The translations under genes and the position numbers were made by a program. From Hormiphora californensis (Eukaryota > Animalia > Ctenophora): DNA of 64,000 nt. Shown here piece by piece: positions 48,478 to 60,702 of this stretch. The notes beneath the pieces are model-generated. The model searched no databases. It was not told where the DNA came from and saw only the letters and a list, made by a program, of their open reading frames with translations. Positions within the stretch are counted from its first letter, which is position 1. The number at the start of each line of letters is the position of its first letter. Location of the stretch: the NCBI GenBank assembly GCA_020137815.1, contig CM035359.1, positions 7,006,001-7,070,000 of the forward strand, read 5' to 3'.

Positions 48478-51400
48478 TCACATATAGGGGTTGGGTTTAA
48501 CACTCCTTCTAAACTCCCTATCAGCTTTAGCTTCATCCAGTGGTTTAGTTTTGAACAAATCCTTAATTCCCTGTTCAAACCTCCTCCACCTCCTATCAGC
48601 TCGGATATGCTCCGGGGTCACTACTGGAGGGATCGATTCAACTGGAGTGAGGGGAGGAGAGTTGACAGTGAGATCACTCATAAAGTCCTCGAACTGTTGG
48701 ACTAGCTTGTGATGTTCAACCCAGAGCTCCTCCAATACATCCATTAAACTGGAGTCGTTATCCTACAATTGGTGGGGTGGTGGTGGTGGTGGTGGCATAC
48801 AGTACTGGGATGCTGAAAACTGTGCTTCATGCGTTGCGAGGTTTTGATGTTGTCTGGTTGTGCGTAGCTCTAAATATAGCCCTTAACAATGCATGGAAAT
48901 CGTGCCAAAAATAGATGAACAATAAAAAATGCGTAAAATTTTATTTTAAGGGCTATTGACGAGCTCAATTCCATCTTATATACTACTGTAAATATGTATT
49001 AAACAAACAAACTGACCCACATACATTATGTGGGTCAGTTTGTTTCTGCTTCCCCACAGAACTATGATAGTACTAGGGGGAAGCAGCATGGCTCTGAAAA
49101 ATAAGGATAGATAAATGCAGTAGTATTATAATTATGGTATAGGGGGGGGGGGTCACTTACATAAAAGAGAGCTTCCTCAACGTCAGTCCTCAGCAACCGA
49201 ACCTCATCACACAGATCCAGTATCAAGAGATGCCTCTTACTCAGACCACCCCTCTTTTTATTTTTAACTAGCTCAGAGAGACTGGTAGAGGTGGATCTGT
49301 TCACCGCCTGGAGAGGGTCAATTAGGAAGTGGGCCGGCTGACTTGGTGACATAGACACCTGGCGCGACCCCCGCTTAGTGTGTGAGCTCAATCTCGGTCG
49401 CGCCAGGTGTATATTTCACCAAGGGGCTGACCACGTGATCAGTTTGGTAGTTCTTCAAACCAGTACACCATAATATAGAATTAGTTGTAAAACAAAAGAT
49501 TCAACTGTGACAGAATATCATTTGTCTCCTGCTTAACAAAGTGAAGAAGAGGCGAACTAGGGTCAGCACACACCTACGCCAAAATCAAAATTATAATTTT
49601 GATTTTGGCCTAGGTGTGTGCGGACCCCTAGACAACTCTAAACAGTGGTACAAAATGTGGTACCATTGAATCTTGATATTCATTTGCCAATTTTAATGTC
49701 CCTGTTTCAGATCAGCTTGTATTGTCTCTGTGATAGTACAATGTTGATTTGTCAGTCTGTCGATAGGAACGTGTTCATGCTTGTCGGACAATGTCAATGT
49801 CATCAGAGTCTGGAATGAGACCCGGTGGCTTTTTCTTCATTCTCTGTTGTCGTTTGTGTTCCTTTACCACTTTCTTTTCCTGTGAATTTTACTGTCATGT
49901 TTTGTCTGTCAGCAGCTACAATTTCTACACGCCAGACTCTTTTTGGTCAAACCATGGACTCTTTTTGATCACTCTACTTAGGAGATCGCCGGGGAAGGAC
50001 CTGTATTTATCAACCCTGTTTCCTACTACTCACTTACCTCTTCTAAGGGCCTGTTTTTATCAATCCTGTTTCCTACTACTCACTTACCTCTTCCTTAATC
50101 CACGGGTAGATCTCAGCGACGGTTGCTTTCTTCTTTTTCTCTGTTACTTTCTTTCGTTCCACCGCCGTGTCAAACTGGGTGGGGACGTGTGTGTGATACT
50201 TCTAATTTTACATTTTTACAATTGCTGCGAAAGATTCTGAGTAGACTATCAAGTAGCACTACAGTCGGACCCCGATTTACCGGGATGCTCGGGGATAGGG
50301 TTTTGACCGGTAAATCGGGGTGCCCGGTAAATCGAGGTCCGACTGTATAATGCTTTTAACGACTTCTATTCCTAAAGCTACTACTACTCGCGTCTCGCAT
50401 ACTCTATCGTTTTTTGCAGGGGCAAGCCAGAACCTTCCTAATCCAAGAAGATTAACAAATCCAGCAGCAATCCCGGGTCCCTGATCTCTCCTCCTCCTAC
50501 TATCCCTGATCCCTCCAGTCTCTACATCTGCTGACGAAGCGGGGTCCGAGGAGGAAGTTGATAATTGACTGAGGGTCAAATCCGATACATTAGAGGTATC
50601 AACATCACTGAATGCCTGTAGAGATTCCTCAGAGGACACCTCACAGACAGATGTCTCTGTGAGAGAACTCTCACCAACCTCCACATCTCTGGGGTGTCTC
50701 TGAATCCTCCTCTTCCGGGGAATACCCTCAACATCAGAATCAATAATAGACCCATCCTCACTCGAGTCCTTCAATCCAAAACTCAGGGTTATCTTCCGAG
50801 GTTTTAGTTTAAGATCCTCTGGTGATGCCTCTCCACTAGCTGCACCACCCTCTGCAGATGATCCACCAGGGGAGGATGTGAAGGAAGAGGAAGAGGTATC
50901 GTAATCCGAACACGAGGAAGATGACGAGATGGGGGTGAGGGGGATGTCATCATCATCATGGGGGATCAGAGGTGTACCTGCATCTGCCACCTCACCTACT
51001 GTTACCTCCCCCAGTATGGCATTAGATGCAGCCTCACCACCTGGGAAATCACCAAGGATATCATCAGAGTGCTGCTGGACAACAGTGCAAACTCCAGTAC
51101 AACAGACATCATCAGAATGTGGGAGTCCTTCAATGTCTCCTAGTTCCACTGTGGATCGTGATGGATCAGTGCGTTGTGGTGGATCAGTCACTGTGGATGG
51201 TGGATCAGTGATCACAGTGCGTTGTGGTGGATCTACAGCTGCTGGAAGTGGTGGGGCAGTTATTTCATCCAGCAGTACCTCCTCCAGACTGAGTGTCCTG
51301 ATCCCATCTCCCAATAACACCACCTCATCACCACCTGTGTCCACCTCTCCCAATAACACCTGCACCTCATCACCACGTGTGTCCTCTTCCTCCTCTTCCA

Positions 51401-51482
51401 CAGAACTGCTCAGTGTGGAGTGGAAAGGTCGGCGGTAGGGAGCAGGGGATGTTGGTAGAGTGATTTGATCTTCATCTGACAT
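48478..51482 (-). CDS. Uncharacterised protein (~530 aa): long acidic S/T/P-rich disordered region plus helical C-terminal domain
   Basis: Phase-0 exons 50403-51482, 50088-50174 (FDTAVERKK...IYPWIKEE), 49161-49307 (AVNRS...EEALFY) and 48478-48762 (DNDSSLMDV...KPNPYM*), all with canonical GT-AG sites. No recognisable domain. Confidence 0.65.
50262..50345. mobile_element. 84-bp TA-flanked Tc1/mariner-type MITE
   Basis: TIRs CAGTCGGACCCCGATTTA / TAAATCGAGGTCCGACTG. A partial copy of the same family lies at ~3087-3141. Confidence 0.85.
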
Positions 51483-51753
51483 GGTGCTGGCACGGTTATG
51501 GATTATCAGCATGACAGAGGCAGGTGAAGAATATGTGAATAAGAGAAATGGTGAGACTCCTGACCCGATGAGAGTTTTGAAACGTGTTTATCAGAAATTT
51601 ATAAATAGTAAATACAGAAATTAGGAGAAGGCCAGAAGGGAAACCTAGAAACCGAACAAAGAAATATGAACTGATAGTTTGTATTTGTAATAAATGGTAG
51701 ACAGAAAAACAAGGGGCACAAAAACTCTGCATGTGTGTCTGCGAGAGGTCTTC

Positions 51754-51821
<68 letters not shown>

Positions 51822-52176
51822 TAGAGAGAGAGAGAGAGAGAGATAGAGAGATAGAGAGAGAGAGAGATAGAGAGAGGCAGGCGTGTGTGAGTACAGTAAG
51901 GTAGGCGGGGAACAGTTGTCTGAAACACTCCTGGCTTGCTCAACAACTCCTGGCGATAACATTTGACAAACAATCGTGTTTTGATTGGCCCTGGCTGCAG
52001 CCTTTTTTGGGATGGATAGTGGCAGGGATCTAATTTTAAAATCATTAATCAATAGAGGCCGATACGCTGTCAGAGCTTGCCTTGCTCGACCATGTTTCCC
52101 GCGACCAACCAGTAAAGGAGGGTTAGAACACTTTAGAGCATAAATAACTTGACTAAAAATCCCAAAATGCACTTAC

Positions 52177-52909
52177 CGACTTGACTGACATGAGTGAGGG
52201 ACGTCTTGACATGACCTCCGGGACTGTGCCCTGAGGGAGATTATAGTGTCAGCTGACTTATTGAAACAAGTAAAAATGAAACCCTGAAACCACAATAATA
52301 TCCACACGAGACCCTGACCAGAACCCCCATCTGGATTTGGTAACGAAGTTGCCCCCTCCCTTGGCGTCGTGCACCCCACGAAGGTCACGTGTGAGGTAAC
52401 TTTGTTACATCTGGATATTCCCTGTATGGCGGCGCTATACCCCATTTGATTCTCAGATATGGATATTTCCCTTTAATACTTTCCCACATATTCATCTCTC
52501 CTCAGCAGCTCTTCTATTTTACTTTTTATTCCCCTTGCCATTTTCCCCCTAACATTGGGGACCTCATCAGCACGCTCCCTCCTTCTCCCTGAAGGAGAGA
52601 AAAAGAGAGAGAGATGGAAAGAGAGATTGGAGAGGAAGAGAGAATATAGACTAGATAAGAGAAGAGACGAGAATAGAGAGGAGAGAAGGAAAGAGATAAG
52701 AGCCAAGGGTTTTGGGGTGGGGCGGGTTGGGGGCGACTCCCCTCTCCGCCGCCCCCGCTCGACTCTGCGCCTCGCCGCTCTCGCCTCCCCTGCTCCCCCC
52801 TACTTGCGCCGAGAAAAAAAAAATCGTTCATTATTATACCTGGTACTGGGGGAGGGTTACCAAGATCTGGGGGAACAGTGCTACCTCTCCTGCTTGGTGC
52901 TTTTGACAT
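52177..52909 (-). CDS. Three short coding exons, likely the 5' part of the 48478-51482 gene or a small separate gene
   Basis: Exons 52840-52909 (MSKAPSRRGSTVPPDLGNPPPVP), 52488-52588 and 52177-52230 (GTVPEVMSRRPSLMSVKS) join in frame. I could not find the in-frame link to the 51482 exon. Confidence 0.45.
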
Positions 52910-53381
52910 GACTCCTGAAACAACTGATCGTATAAAATCACAAGGAAAGGTCTGGATTTGGTGACTAGAGACCTGTCGCGTCATGCCAGGTGTCTATGTC
53001 ACCAAGGTCTGGATCAGCTATGTGGCGGTGACGACGCCGTCCACAATATGTGGAAGGACCGGTGAACCCTATGGTTAACTACGTGAGTTAACCACAGGGG
53101 TGACCCTATCCACCTGTCTGGCTCCGCAGACCCCATCTGAGACAGTTCTCCACAAGGGAAGTTAGTATTCAAAACGTGCTGCGAATTATTACACAAACAC
53201 AACAGAAGTGTAAGTGCAATAACCGGCTTGGAAGATTCTGTAATCATAGTACGACACTCTCTGATATAGTAGGTAGGTTGGTATAGATCAGGACAGTGAA
53301 GGACATTGAAGTGATTGTAAAATAAGGAGGTTTGCTGGTCAGGAATTCACTAGATTCCACGGCAATGTCGTGGAGTGATTT

Positions 53382-53713
53382 TGACGGTGTAAAAGGTTCA
53401 AATGAGGCACGGAGCTTTTAGTTTTCTGAATCAGCTTTTCAAGATGAATCCAACACAACCAGAAATTCAGAAAATTCGCTTTCTATCTGATCGGGAGGGT
53501 TCGGTTCACACACACTCATTTTTAGTCATTTTTGTCGCACGAGCCAATCAGACGCCAGAATTTCGAAATCCAGCCCTCTCGCGCTGCTAAAAATGAAAAA
53601 AGTGAACCACACCTTCCCGATAAGATAGAAAGCTAATTCCGGTTGCGTTGGATTAGTCTTGAAAAGCTGATTCAGAAAAACTCCATGCCTCATCTGGACC
53701 TTATAAACCGTCA
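53382..53713. mobile_element. Foldback/MITE with ~120-bp imperfect terminal inverted repeats
   Basis: ATGAGGCACGGAG...TCTGAATCAGCTTTTCAAGA is mirrored by TCTTGAAAAGCTGATTCAGA...CTCCATGCCTCAT. Confidence 0.8.
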
Positions 53714-54406
53714 GACATGATCGGATATAGCACTTGGCTAAAACATTATGAAGCCGTCATCAGTTGCCGATACCAAATTACGAGACAGTTTTTATAATTG
53801 CAGAGGGGAGTGTTTAAAGGGGGGAAAACATCACAATCAATCTCTCAGCGGTCATTCAATATTTCACAGCAGAATGAGGTGATGTTAGGGGAGCAACAAT
53901 AGTCTTCCAGCGGTCATGTAGTTCCACCCCTGACAAGATAGATACTTTATCTTTCGATATAGTGTAGAAGAAATCCAACAAGATATCTTTCTACTAGTTT
54001 CTATCTTTCCAAGGATTGGAGCTATCGAACGTGAGGGCTATTGTCTGTCAGGCCAATGCTCTGACAGGCTATTGTTGATTGGTCCCTTTCTTGCACAAAA
54101 AGTCACATAGTACACACATTTAGGTAGCAAAACGCATTGCCACAAGAAATGATGAGTACCGGGGCCCAATACTGATCAAGCAAGAAAGACACTCAGGGGT
54201 AAGGGGGTCAAAACGGGGGGTCAGAAGGGTCAGGAAGGCAAATTGGTGGTTTAGAAAAGGAGTGTTTTAGCAAGGAGGGTGGGTCGTTAGTACAGACATG
54301 CAGGTAGAGAGGGGGAGCTGCGTGTATATTATACCAGCAATTGACACTGATCGCAGCAGCACTCAATATTGTGTCCCTCTCTGTTGAACTAATAATTAGT
54401 AACTAA

Positions 54407-55592
54407 TTACACCTTCATGTTGATAGGTAGAGGTACAAAAACATCATTCCACCCTCCTACCACCATGATATTCTTGTCATTCTTCTCAGTAACGAACATC
54501 CTCTCCAACCACCCCTGGAGTTCGGTAACTAGAGAGTAGCCGAGTTGGAGGACACGCTTATTGTTCTTTATCGTACTGACTTCGTTCTTTCCCTAATGAG
54601 GGGGGGGGGGTCATTATAAAGGAGGGAACTCCGAGAGGGATAGAGGAACTATAGGATGGAATCCGAATAGTCCTGGAATATTCCACGGTTATATTATGAC
54701 CGGGGGGGGGGGGGGGGGTGGCAGACTTACCAATATGTCGGACAGCAGTTTAGGGCACTCATCCTTGATACTAATGTCCTTTAAAGGGCGACACACCTCA
54801 GGTTTCTTGAGCTGTGGAAATATGTGGTATCAAAGGGGAGAAACGATATGTTTTCTGGCTAAACAGACAACAAGATATATGTCAAGACCCCCAATACCAT
54901 GCTAAACTTACCAGCTCCTCAACTGGTATGTCAAGACCCCCAATAGCATGCTAAACTTACCAGCTCCTCAACTGGAATGTAGAGGTCATTGAAACTCTGA
55001 GACTTCATGAACCGACTCGTTGGATTCGTCTTTATCTGCATCTCCAATAGACATTTCAACTGCAAAAATATCTCCCCGATCCTCTCACCGAACTCTTCCA
55101 GTGTCTGAAATTGGGATAATAATAATAATGGGATAATATGGGTGTTTGATATTGTCTGGTATCCATGAGAATCAAATCAGTGTCTGGCACCCTGCCAGAT
55201 AGAACTGATTGGTGGTGAGTGGTGTTTACTATTGGATCTTCTACTAGAAGCTCTTACCGAACGAGTGTTAGCAGGGAGGCAGGTAGAGAGATCACTGACA
55301 GCGACAAATTCAACCTGGTCCAAAATCTAAAAATAAATATATTATGTTGATGTTAAGTGGGTACATGAAATATTCTTTCTGTCTCACTTACATCGTTCTG
55401 TATTTCAATGGAAGCGAGCCAGCCATCCATTATGGAGTTAGATAGTGGCCTGGGTCCGGGGGCACACTGAAATTGTGCCTGCGACTGCTGTGTCCCATTG
55501 GTTGCCACAATCACTGCGGCTCCATCGACAACCAGTTGTTTAGAGGATATGTGGAGGGAGAAAAGGAGGGGTAGGAGCCAGGACACCATCAT
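54407..55592 (-). CDS. Secreted 226-aa protein, candidate long-chain four-helix-bundle cytokine (IL-6/CNTF/CLCF1-like)
   Basis: Five exons, all introns phase 0: 55392-55592, 55258-55326, 54961-55104, 54731-54811, 54407-54592. Signal peptide MMVSWLLPLLFSLHIS...VDG/AA, four amphipathic segments, 5 Cys, one NGT sequon. A probable non-coding upstream exon has its donor at 55946. The gene model is well supported; the cytokine assignment is an inference. Confidence 0.8.
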
Positions 55593-55891
55593 GGGGGGAT
55601 CTAGAGGGGAAACTGTGTCAATCATGAGTCCATTAAATGGGGGATCTAGAGGGGGAAACTGTGTTAATTGAGTCCATTAAATGGGGGATCTAGAGGGGGA
55701 AACTGTGTCAATTGAGTCCATTAAATGGGGGATCTAGAGGGGGAACTGTGTCAATTGAGTCCATTAATGGGGGATCTAGAGGGGGAACTGTGTCAATTGA
55801 GTCCATTAAATGGGGGATCTAGAGGGGGAAACTGTGTTAATTGAGTCCATTAATGGGGGATCTAGAGGGGGAAACTGTGTCAATTGAGTCC
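55593..55891 (-). repeat. ~7 x 42-43 bp tandem repeat containing the acceptor of the cytokine-like gene's first coding exon
   Basis: Minus-strand unit AATTGACACAGTTTCCCCCTCTAG|ATCCCCCATTTAATGGACTC. Confidence 0.9.
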
Positions 55892-56592
55892 AGGCAATAC
55901 CCGCAATTGGAAAGTAGAGGCTCTATGGACAACAGATATATCTTACCTAGATAAGTAGACTGTAGTAGATTATAGAGATCTCAACATCTTCCAACCATCG
56001 CCCCCTTTTTATACTCCCCCGATTTATTCTTTCAAACTGTTTTTAATTAGAAAACCTATCTCTCTGCATCCGTTGGTGAATCTCCCCATCTAGCTAACAC
56101 ATGTATCTCTCCAGTCTCCGATAGAATCTACCGACCCATTTATCCTTTAGATACCCAACGTGTCTCCTACTCGAAAAAAGTTAATTTAAAAAGTTTAATT
56201 GCAAGTTAAAAATAGTACAACTGCTAACATATCAGTTCCCTACTATATTGCAAAGGAAACAATATTTCCATGAACAACATGTGAGTTAGATTGTTTGGCA
56301 GCAGATTGCCAACAGGTGACGGTTAGACTTTAGATAGATTTAGTATTCAAAATACAAGGTATATGGGGGGTAGTAAATAGATACAACTTTACAGGACCAC
56401 ATTCGCCGTTTTAAATAGTTTACACCTTTTTATATTTACAGTTTTTAGTGTTGATAATGTGGGGTTTGCGTGTATCATGGTAGCGGTAGCACACATATGC
56501 AGTGTGATACAATTAGTGTATCTTCAGACATTATGGACCGGCCAAAAAACAGAAAGAATGAAAGAGAGATGATTTAGAGAGAATGAGAGTGT

Positions 56593-58035
56593 CTAGAAAG
56601 CAGTTTTAAGGTCGTGAAATTGATCGTCAATCCTCATGTCTCGTTGCATTGCAGTTTTGTCGCTCACTTTTGCAGTTAGTACCACGTGTTGAAGCTGTGG
56701 AAAATACGGAATTTAGTTGACCCAGCTGATACTTCAAGCCAGATAGAGTAAAAAATAGCACTAGATTGAGATACAATGAAGCAAGAACCGACCAAATCAG
56801 GAAATACTGGTCCCTGATTGGCTGATAACTAGTCACGTGACCTAAATAACGAGTTCTGATTGGTTGTTTACTTGTCTACAATGAAGAACTTACCACGCCT
56901 ATCCTGAGCTCCATCTGAATTAGTTCATTCTTTATCTTGGTGATGGCCTGTTTAATCTTCACCAAGGGGCCACTGTCTGTCATGGTGGTTCCCTTCTCAT
57001 CCATCTGAGCCTTGACAGTCTCCAACTCTTCATTTATCTAGGAGGTGAGACACGTGTTATAGTTGTCTGTATTGCGGCCCCATACCCCATTTGATTCTCA
57101 GTGCGCTCAGATGGGGTCGCGGCGCCAGACAGGTTATAGTTGTCAGTGTCTGCTTGTCACTAGATAAGAAGGATTGTACATATACAATTATACAATTAGA
57201 TACCTGTGCAAGAGTGCGGCTTTGTTCGGTGACCGTGGAACCAGCAGTCTGGTACTTGTTCTCCAACTCTGCCAACCTGTAGAAAACAAGTCACACGGAT
57301 AGCTGACGGTATCATTCGAGCCAGGAAAAAGATTTGCAGTGCGAGCAGCGAGGTACAGCATTTGAGCCAGGCATCACTAAAAATATTTACAGAACGAGGT
57401 ACAGCAAAACCAAACCAAACCAAACCAAGACACTAAAAACACTAGTGTCAAAATATATCCCCCAGGTTGGCTAGAAAATACATTTCCCTACCTGTCTTTG
57501 AGGCGGCGGTACTCCTCAAGTGGGCCTTCCATTTGGCTGTTAATGTACTTCTCTCTGCTTCCAATCTTCTCAAGAGTCCGTGTAATCTCTTGATGCATCT
57601 GATCCAGTTGAGTCTAGAGAGGGATTTAGGGGATATTATTGGGATATTATTGGGGGTTAGGGGAGATTATTGGGATTTAGGGGATATAATTGGGAGATAG
57701 GGGAGATTATTGGGAGTTAGGGGATATTATTGGGATTTAGGGGATATTATTGAGCGTTAGGGGATAATATTGGGAGTTGGGGGATATTATTGGGAGTTAG
57801 GGGACATTATTGGGAGTTGGGGGAGTATTGTTGAGAGATAGGGGAGATTATAGGGACGTGAACTGCAGCAGCATACCTTGCTTGAAGTCAGGGAAGTTGT
57901 CATATTCTTCCTGTATTCCAGCATACTGTCCAGGTGGGTTCTCCAGTCCTGGGATACTGACTCCTAAAGACGTGATGTCACACATAGATGCTTCACAATA
58001 TCACAAGGCATGGGAGAGAGGGAGAGAGAGAGAGG

Positions 58036-58092
<57 letters not shown>

Positions 58093-58126
58093 GAGAGAGG
58101 GAGAGAGAGATAGAGAGAGAGAGGAG

Positions 58127-58178
<52 letters not shown>

Positions 58179-59315
58179 GAGAGAGAAGGCTTCTAGGAGG
58201 CGAGGAGAGAGAATGAGACATAGGAGACGCCGCGCAGCGAGAGCGGCCGGAGGGGAGATGGCCGTGGATCTTTTCAAGGAAGGTCACTTATAATCACACT
58301 TTTGAAACTTCCACCCTACGATTTAAACACAACACTAACCTTATCGTGTTTCAGATGAACCTTGAGAGAGGGCAGAACTCTTTCAACCTCCATCTTCCAT
58401 TCCAAAACATCAGTGTTCGATTCCAGTAGGTTCTCTTGTCTTTGAACCTGAATTTAGAAACATTGTGAAGAGACGGGTGCCGATTGAGAACTCGATTTAA
58501 AGTTATGCACTTGTCTGCAGATTTTACTTCTAAAAGTACTACTAGCTGTAGCAATACTAATATTACTGCTAGTAGTAAAATGATCATTACCTCAGCGGCA
58601 TTCTCAAATCCTGTACCAGAGGCTCCTGGCATCCCAGCGCCACTCTCTCCTACATCAACCATAATCTCTTCTTCGCAATCCTCATCTATTTCCTCATCTA
58701 ATGAAGGTTAGGAATTTCAATATTTTATTAAAAACACTTGTGACTTGTTTATTATAACAGTAGAGAACAGGAGCATCCTTCCTTTTAACTTTGTATTCTC
58801 TATAGTACTGTATATTACCGTCGATCTGCTCGTCTAGAGGCTCATCCTCTATTGCCTCTTCCTGGGCGTCTTCTTCTGTATACTCAGGCCTGAGGAAATA
58901 AAAGCCTTTCATTTCCTTTTATAAAAAAGGGAAACATGACAGACAAAATGACAATTTGACATACACAGGACAAACAATTTGTGTCAGTTTGTGTTGTGAT
59001 TGCGCGCACATGCAACAGAACAGAAGATGCCTACACTTTCTACTTTCAACTTATCAGAAAACTCGCGCGCAACAACTCAAGGGGATTATCAATCAAATGT
59101 GACCGTCGTAGCTATGGGACAATCAAATAAAACTGAGAATAATCAAAAGAAAGGGAAGAATTAAATAGATAAACACTGCTGACTGCCGACGCTTTTTGCA
59201 ACGAGTTGGAAATAAAAAACAAAGGAGACGAAACAAAAATAATTAGCTACCTGCCCCAAGCAAAGCGTCGTGTTTCAAGGGCTTTGCTAGCCAGTTGGTT
59301 GAGGATGTAGCATAC
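56593..59315 (-). CDS. IFT57: Intraflagellar transport protein 57 (3' nine exons; 5' exons not found in window)
   Basis: Exons 59251-59315 (VCYILNQLASKAL..WGR), 58819-58889, 58591-58697, 58340-58447 (EWKMEVERVLPSLKV), 57877-57948 (DWRTHL), 57492-57613 (ITRTLEKIGSREKYIN), 57204-57276, 56894-57037 (MTDSGPLVKIKQAI...RIGV) and 56593-56694. These are diagnostic IFT57/Hippi motifs. Confidence 0.96.
56782..56876 (-). mobile_element. Same short element in the last IFT57 intron, with a 10-bp flanking direct repeat
   Basis: TACAATGAAG at 56772-56781 and 56877-56886. Confidence 0.85.
57620..57855 (+). repeat. Degenerate ~20-bp minisatellite in an IFT57 intron
   Basis: Recurring GGGGATATTATTGGGAGTTA variants. 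Confidence 0.85.
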
Positions 59316-59370
59316 CTGGTGAGGGAAGAATTAATATATAATATCTTATATCAGCTTATCTTATATCAGC

Positions 59371-59971
59371 TTGTGCAGCAAGACTTATCTCTTTCTGCAC
59401 AACTCAACGATCTCGTTTCACACGAGCGATCTTGGGATTTCCCAGCGAACATGGTATATCCAGCGACTAAACCGAAACGAATCATGATATGTAACCATAG
59501 TTCACATTTAATCTCTATTCCCGACTACAATTCCTTCTCCCTCTCTCTCTCCCACAAAGAGAGAAACTGTTTCCAGTTTAACGCTCTCTCTCTCTCTCTC
59601 CAATCTCCCTTTTTTACGGCAGAAATACACTCTCCCCCTCAGTTTAACGCTCTCTCTTCTTTTTTTACAGAAGAAACGATATCTCTCTCTCCCCTCAAAC
59701 TACGCGATATGTCACGCACTGTGCTAATTAAAAAAATCCATCTTCACTTCCTAACTCAGTTGTGCAGCAAGACTTATCTCTTTCTGCACAACTCAACGAT
59801 CTCGTTTCACACGAGCGATCTTGGGATTTCCCAGCGAACATGGTATATCCAGCGACTAAACCGAAACGAATCATAATATGTAACCATAGTTCACATTTAA
59901 TCTCTATTCCCGACTACAATTCCTTCTCCCTCTCTCTCTCCCGCAAAGAGAGAAACTGTTTTCCAGTTTAA

Positions 59972-60010
<39 letters not shown>

Positions 60011-60702
60011 ATCTCCCTTTTTTACGGCAGAAATACACTCTCCCCCTCAGTTTAACGCTCTCTCTTCTTTTTTTACAGAAGAAACGATATCTCTCTCTCC
60101 CCTCAAACTACGCGATATGTCACGCACTGTGCTAATTAAAAAAATCCATCTTCACTTCCTAACTCAGTTGTGCAGCAAGACTTATCTCTTTCTGCACAAC
60201 TCAACGATCTCGTTTCACACGAGCGATCTTGGGATTTCCCAGCGAACATGGTATATCCAGCGACTAAACCGAAACGAATCATAATATGTAACCATAGTTC
60301 ACATTTAATCTCTATTACCGACTACAATTCCTTCTCCCTCTCTCTCTCCCGCAAAGAGAGAAACTGTTTTCCAGTTTAACGCTCTCTCTCTCTCTCCAAT
60401 CTCCCTTTTTTACGGCAGAAATACACTCTCCCCCTCAGTTTAACGCTCTCTCTTCTTTTTTTACAGAAGAAACGATATCTCTCTCTCCCCTCAAACTACG
60501 CGATATGTCACGCACTGTGCTAATTAAAAAAATCCATCTTCACTTCCTAACTCAGTTGTGCAGCAAGACTTATCTCTTTCTGCACAACTCAACGATCTCG
60601 TTTCACACGAGCGATCTTGGGATTTCCCAGCGAACATGGTATATCCAGCGACTAAACCGAAACGAATCATAATATGTAACCATAGTTCACATTTAATCTC
60701 TA
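59371..60702 (+). repeat. ~390-408 bp tandem repeat, 3.4 near-identical copies, in an IFT57 intron
   Basis: Units start at TTGTGCAGCAAGACTTATC at 59371, 59760, 60168 and 60556, and differ mainly in (CT)n length. Confidence 0.95.

Noticed and set aside
50088-50115. IYPWIKE resembling the Hox YPWM hexapeptide before a phase-0 intron
   Set aside because: No homeodomain (WFxNRR) in any downstream exon or frame I could read.
50929-51438. 169-aa plus-strand ORF
   Set aside because: It is the antisense shadow of the low-complexity minus-strand exon.
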